IMG/VR virus record: IMGVR_UViG_3300045988_111022
Reading direction: 5' to 3' (one strand)
Source of the DNA: a virus
Length of the DNA: 64,000 bases
Part shown: one piece after another, positions 61,489 through 64,000 of the stretch
Layout of the letters: each line of letters begins with the position of its first letter
Position numbering within the stretch: the stretch's first letter is position 1
Position numbers and translations under genes: made by a program
Notes under the pieces: model-generated
Seen by the model: the letters and a program-made list of their open reading frames with translations, nothing else
Databases searched by the model: none
Told to the model about the DNA's origin: nothing

Positions 61489-61644
61489 TTGAGCCGAGAA
61501 CAAAAGCTCGAAGCTCTATTGGCATCTGCGGTTCATCTTCTGGATTGCTGGGAGGATATTTCAGTTGAGACAGGAGAAGAGCCGGAAAATTATGGTGAGC
61601 AGAGAGCAATCCTGCAAGCCGAATACGATGCTATAAAGTGTTGA
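61489..61644 (+). CDS. Small hypothetical protein (51 aa, TTG start)
   Basis: GGGAAGGTG RBS. Clean ORF ending at the terminator. Confidence 0.35.
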   Translation: MSREQKLEALLASAVHLLDCWEDISVETGEEPENYGEQRAILQAEYDAIKC

Positions 61645-61647
61645 GAG

Positions 61648-61679
61648 AAGCCGTGCTGATGGTCAGCACGGCTTTTTTG
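61648..61679 (+). terminator. Rho-independent terminator
   Basis: 10-bp stem GCCGTGCTGA/TCAGCACGGC, 3-nt loop, T6. Confidence 0.85.
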
Positions 61680-61696
61680 TTTGAAATGGAGGTGGA

Positions 61697-62365
61697 TTGA
61701 TTTTGATTTCCCCGTATAAGAACACTTTCAGAGTATCGCAAGCGTATAGGCATCTGAGGTCGGATGGCACATATCACCAAGGCTATGACCTCGTGGGCAT
61801 CGGAGACAAGCACATTTACTCTCCTGTATACGGTACGGTTATTCGTGCTGGATGGGAGTGTGCAACGCTCCCCAAAAAGGGTTTTGGTCAGCGCGTTGTG
61901 CTTAGGGTGGGGTGCACGAACTACTATATGTACTTTGGGCATCTGTCGCAAATCAATGTGGCCGCAGGTCAAAAGCTGAAGCCGGGTGACCTGATCGGCG
62001 TTGAGGGAAGTACGGGACACAGCACCGGAAGTCACCTGCACTGGGAAATCCGTATCAACGACATTAAAACGGGCTATGTGTCGGTGTATCATTATGCAGG
62101 AATCCCCAACATGCCCGGTTCGGCATCGTATACGTCTAACTGGGCGGCTGAAATCTTCGGCCCCGGAAATCTGATAAAGCCGACCAGCGGTTATCCGCAG
62201 CGGCTGTATAATTCCGCGCTTCAAGGGGCGCTGGGCATCAACCAAGACGGCGTCTTTGGTGCAAACACTGAAAAGGCCGTCAAAGAATTCCAGACGGCGC
62301 ACGGCCTGACTGCGGATGGTATCGTTGGAACGCAGACAAAGGCGGCGCTTTCCAAGCTGTTTTGA
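61697..62365 (+). CDS. Endolysin: M23 (LytM-type) peptidase plus a PG_binding_1 domain
   Basis: HQGYDL, GSTGHSTGSHLHWEI. C-terminal ...LGINQDGVFGANTEKAVKEFQTAHGLTADGIVG. Confidence 0.88.
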   Translation: MILISPYKNTFRVSQAYRHLRSDGTYHQGYDLVGIGDKHIYSPVYGTVIRAGWECATLPKKGFGQRVVLRVGCTNYYMYFGHLSQINVAAGQKLKPGDLIGVEGSTGHSTGSHLHWEIRINDIKTGYVSVYHYAGIPNMPGSASYTSNWAAEIFGPGNLIKPTSGYPQRLYNSALQGALGINQDGVFGANTEKAVKEFQTAHGLTADGIVGTQTKAALSKLF

Positions 62366-62380
62366 GAAAGGGGATAAGGT

Positions 62381-62689
62381 ATGAATACTGCTACTATCAT
62401 TACGGTTGCCATTATGGCCGTGGCGCTGGTCGTTGTTGCGGCCTGCATGATTCGTTTGGGGTACAAAGCACTGCTGGCCGAATGGGCGATTGAGGCCATC
62501 ACCAAAGCTGAAAAAGAGTTCGTCGGCACCAAGCTGGGCGAAGCCCGTTTGGCGGTTGTCGTGTCGTGGCTGCGCGCAAAGGTTCCCGCTCCCCTGCGCT
62601 TTCTGGTTACGGACAGCATGATTCAGAAAGTGGTGCAGATGACCTTTAATGCAGCCAAGGCAGGGCTGGAGGTGCTGAAGGATGCTTAA
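62381..62689 (+). CDS. Holin (LL-H family-like)
   Basis: N-terminal TM helix plus an amphipathic C-terminus. Size and position next to the endolysin. Confidence 0.65.
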   Translation: MNTATIITVAIMAVALVVVAACMIRLGYKALLAEWAIEAITKAEKEFVGTKLGEARLAVVVSWLRAKVPAPLRFLVTDSMIQKVVQMTFNAAKAGLEVLKDA

Positions 62690-62778
62690 ACGGTGCGTGG
62701 AATGGCTCTTAGACCGTCTCCCCGTCACGAGATGGATCGAATTGCTGACACTCACCGACGACTGAAAGGAGGATACAG

Positions 62779-63171
62779 GTGCTTGCAGGAACAGCCGAAG
62801 TGTTTACTGTCACCGTTCCGGCGTGGATCTTGGCGGCGCTGGCGTTCTTAGGAACTGTTTTGGGCGGCGCGATTTCCTTTGCCGTGAATCAGCTTCTTAT
62901 CAAGGGCGCGGCGGACCGTGCGGCAAAGAAGCGCGAAAAGGAAGATGAACAACGCCGTGAACGGTATATTTTGCAGATGGACAGCCGTAAGGCTACATTC
63001 GACCTGCTATCCTGCATTTGTGCCGGCATTGAGCGGATGGAAACGGAAACTGGGCAGATTTACTGGAACGGAGAGCTGAAACGCTGTCTCTCCCATTTGG
63101 AAGGCGTGGATGAACGGTACAGAGAATCAGACCAGCGGCAGCTTGCTGAACTGAATACTCGGAACAAATGA
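62779..63171 (+). CDS. Membrane-anchored coiled-coil protein (130 aa)
   Basis: AAAGGAGGA RBS, GTG start, one TM helix, charged helix. Strong terminator follows. Confidence 0.6.
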   Translation: MLAGTAEVFTVTVPAWILAALAFLGTVLGGAISFAVNQLLIKGAADRAAKKREKEDEQRRERYILQMDSRKATFDLLSCICAGIERMETETGQIYWNGELKRCLSHLEGVDERYRESDQRQLAELNTRNK

Positions 63172-63173
63172 CA

Positions 63174-63229
63174 ACACCCCCGTCACCTGTCAGATGAAAA
63201 GTCGAAACAGGTGACGGGGGTGTTTTTTG
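63174..63229 (+). terminator. Rho-independent terminator
   Basis: 17-bp perfect stem ACACCCCCGTCACCTGT/ACAGGTGACGGGGGTGT, then T5. Confidence 0.9.
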
Positions 63230-63331
63230 CTTTTTATGCAATAAAGAATCACAAAATTCGTGATAATCTAACAATCCCCTGATTTTTCCAGAAGAAAAGA
63301 ATATCTTTTATTGTAAGGAGCGAGCGAGTAT

Positions 63332-63601
63332 ATGATTAGAATTTTACTGTCCAAGAAGCTAGGCGAGCTGAAATGGACGCAAGCAGATCTGGCACGCGCT
63401 ACAGGCATTCGGCCGACTACAATCAGTGATTACTACAACGAAATTGCAGAGAGAATGAATCTGAATCATTTGGACCTCATCTGCGAAGCGCTGGATTGCG
63501 AACCGGACGAAATACTTGTACGTGTTCCAAATCCTGAACCAAGGGTAAGGAATCGTACTGGCTTTGAGAAACCCGCGACGGAATCAAAAGTCGGTATATA
63601 A
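63332..63601 (+). CDS. XRE-family HTH protein
   Basis: LKWTQADLARATGIRPTTISDYYN.......L..L..ICEALDCEPDEIL. Confidence 0.8.
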   Translation: MIRILLSKKLGELKWTQADLARATGIRPTTISDYYNEIAERMNLNHLDLICEALDCEPDEILVRVPNPEPRVRNRTGFEKPATESKVGI

Positions 63602-63809
63602 GGGAAAGGGCGGCTTTCGGGTCGTCCTTTTTCTGTTGCGTGACATTTGTATGAAACAAATGTATTATAATAATGTATATGGCAGTTGAATGGAGCATTT
63701 GATGGTCCGCCGGGGTGAATTTTGTGCCACCTTGAAAAAAGTGCGGTTTTGTGGTATTCTTTATGTGACAAATGATTCATTCAAGTGTTATATAAAAGTA
63801 GGTGAGCCG

Positions 63810-64000
63810 ATGGGAGAGAATAAGACGCCGCAGGAGTTGGACTTTGAGCGGAAGCATGAAGAGTATCTGCATCGGATTCAGAATCTTCGCCTTATCGACG
63901 ATAACTTTATGACGAAAGTTTTTGAAGATAAAGAGTGTTCGGAGTTTCTGCTTCAGGTGATTTTAGACCGTGATGACCTGACAATTCGTGAAGTTCACAG
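63810..64000 (+). CDS. PD-(D/E)XK nuclease-family transposase-like protein (partial, continues beyond the window)
   Basis: ...LIDDNFMTKVFEDKECSEFLLQVIL resembles PDDEXK_2/Rpn-type N-termini. Confidence 0.5.
   Translation, partial: MGENKTPQELDFERKHEEYLHRIQNLRLIDDNFMTKVFEDKECSEFLLQVILDRDDLTIREVH

Larger units (their letters stand above)
1..63230. mobile_element. Integrated temperate myovirus-type prophage (integrase to lysis cassette); boundaries not defined
   Basis: Complete ordered modules: integrase, repressors, replication/recombination, terminase, portal, capsid, sheath/tube, TMP, baseplate, fibres, lysis. No att direct repeat identified. Confidence 0.85.

Overview
The window is almost entirely one temperate, contractile-tailed (myovirus-type) prophage of about 63 kb. 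GC content (about 55%) and gene content suggest a Clostridia-like Firmicute host. All calls come from reading the ORF translations, motifs and RBS context from memory; no homology search was run. Gene order from the left: tyrosine integrase (196-1308, minus strand), a DUF4236 membrane protein, then three separate divergent XRE-repressor/early-promoter regions with recognisable operators. Next comes a long early region: small genes with conjugative-element-type domains (DUF3846, YodL-like), an SLT transglycosylase, a DUF1351/RecT/MBL-nuclease recombination module, HNH, DnaD-like initiator, HsdM-like protein, PcfK(AcrIIA9-like)/PcfJ pair, Gp37/Gp68, sliding clamp, YopX, MazG-like, ASCH and two Lar-like proteins. 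A sigma-like late regulator follows. The late region runs ParB-like nuclease, a DpdA-like/methyltransferase/QueF-like/QueT module, TerS/TerL, a portal fused to NUDIX and a C-terminal domain, 3 tRNAs, MuF-like protein, scaffold, decoration and major capsid proteins, neck proteins, DUF3383 sheath, tube, chaperone with a -1 frameshift site, tape measure, baseplate and fibres. The lysis cassette is an M23 endolysin plus an LL-H-type holin. The most unusual content: (1) a 370-aa protein with 63 Cys, almost all spaced CX3C, plus a radical SAM/SPASM maturase, embedded among the tail-fibre genes. (2) A DGR-type reverse transcriptase next to a lectin-like receptor-binding protein, with no TR/VR pair or Avd visible. 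(3) A salvage-type 7-deazaguanine DNA-modification module. (4) The portal-NUDIX-nuclease-like fusion. (5) A late-operon tRNA cluster with non-canonical stems and loops, followed by a structured non-coding segment. Prophage ends (att sites) could not be defined. The right edge (XRE gene at 63332, PD-(D/E)XK-like gene at 63810) may be cargo or host flank.
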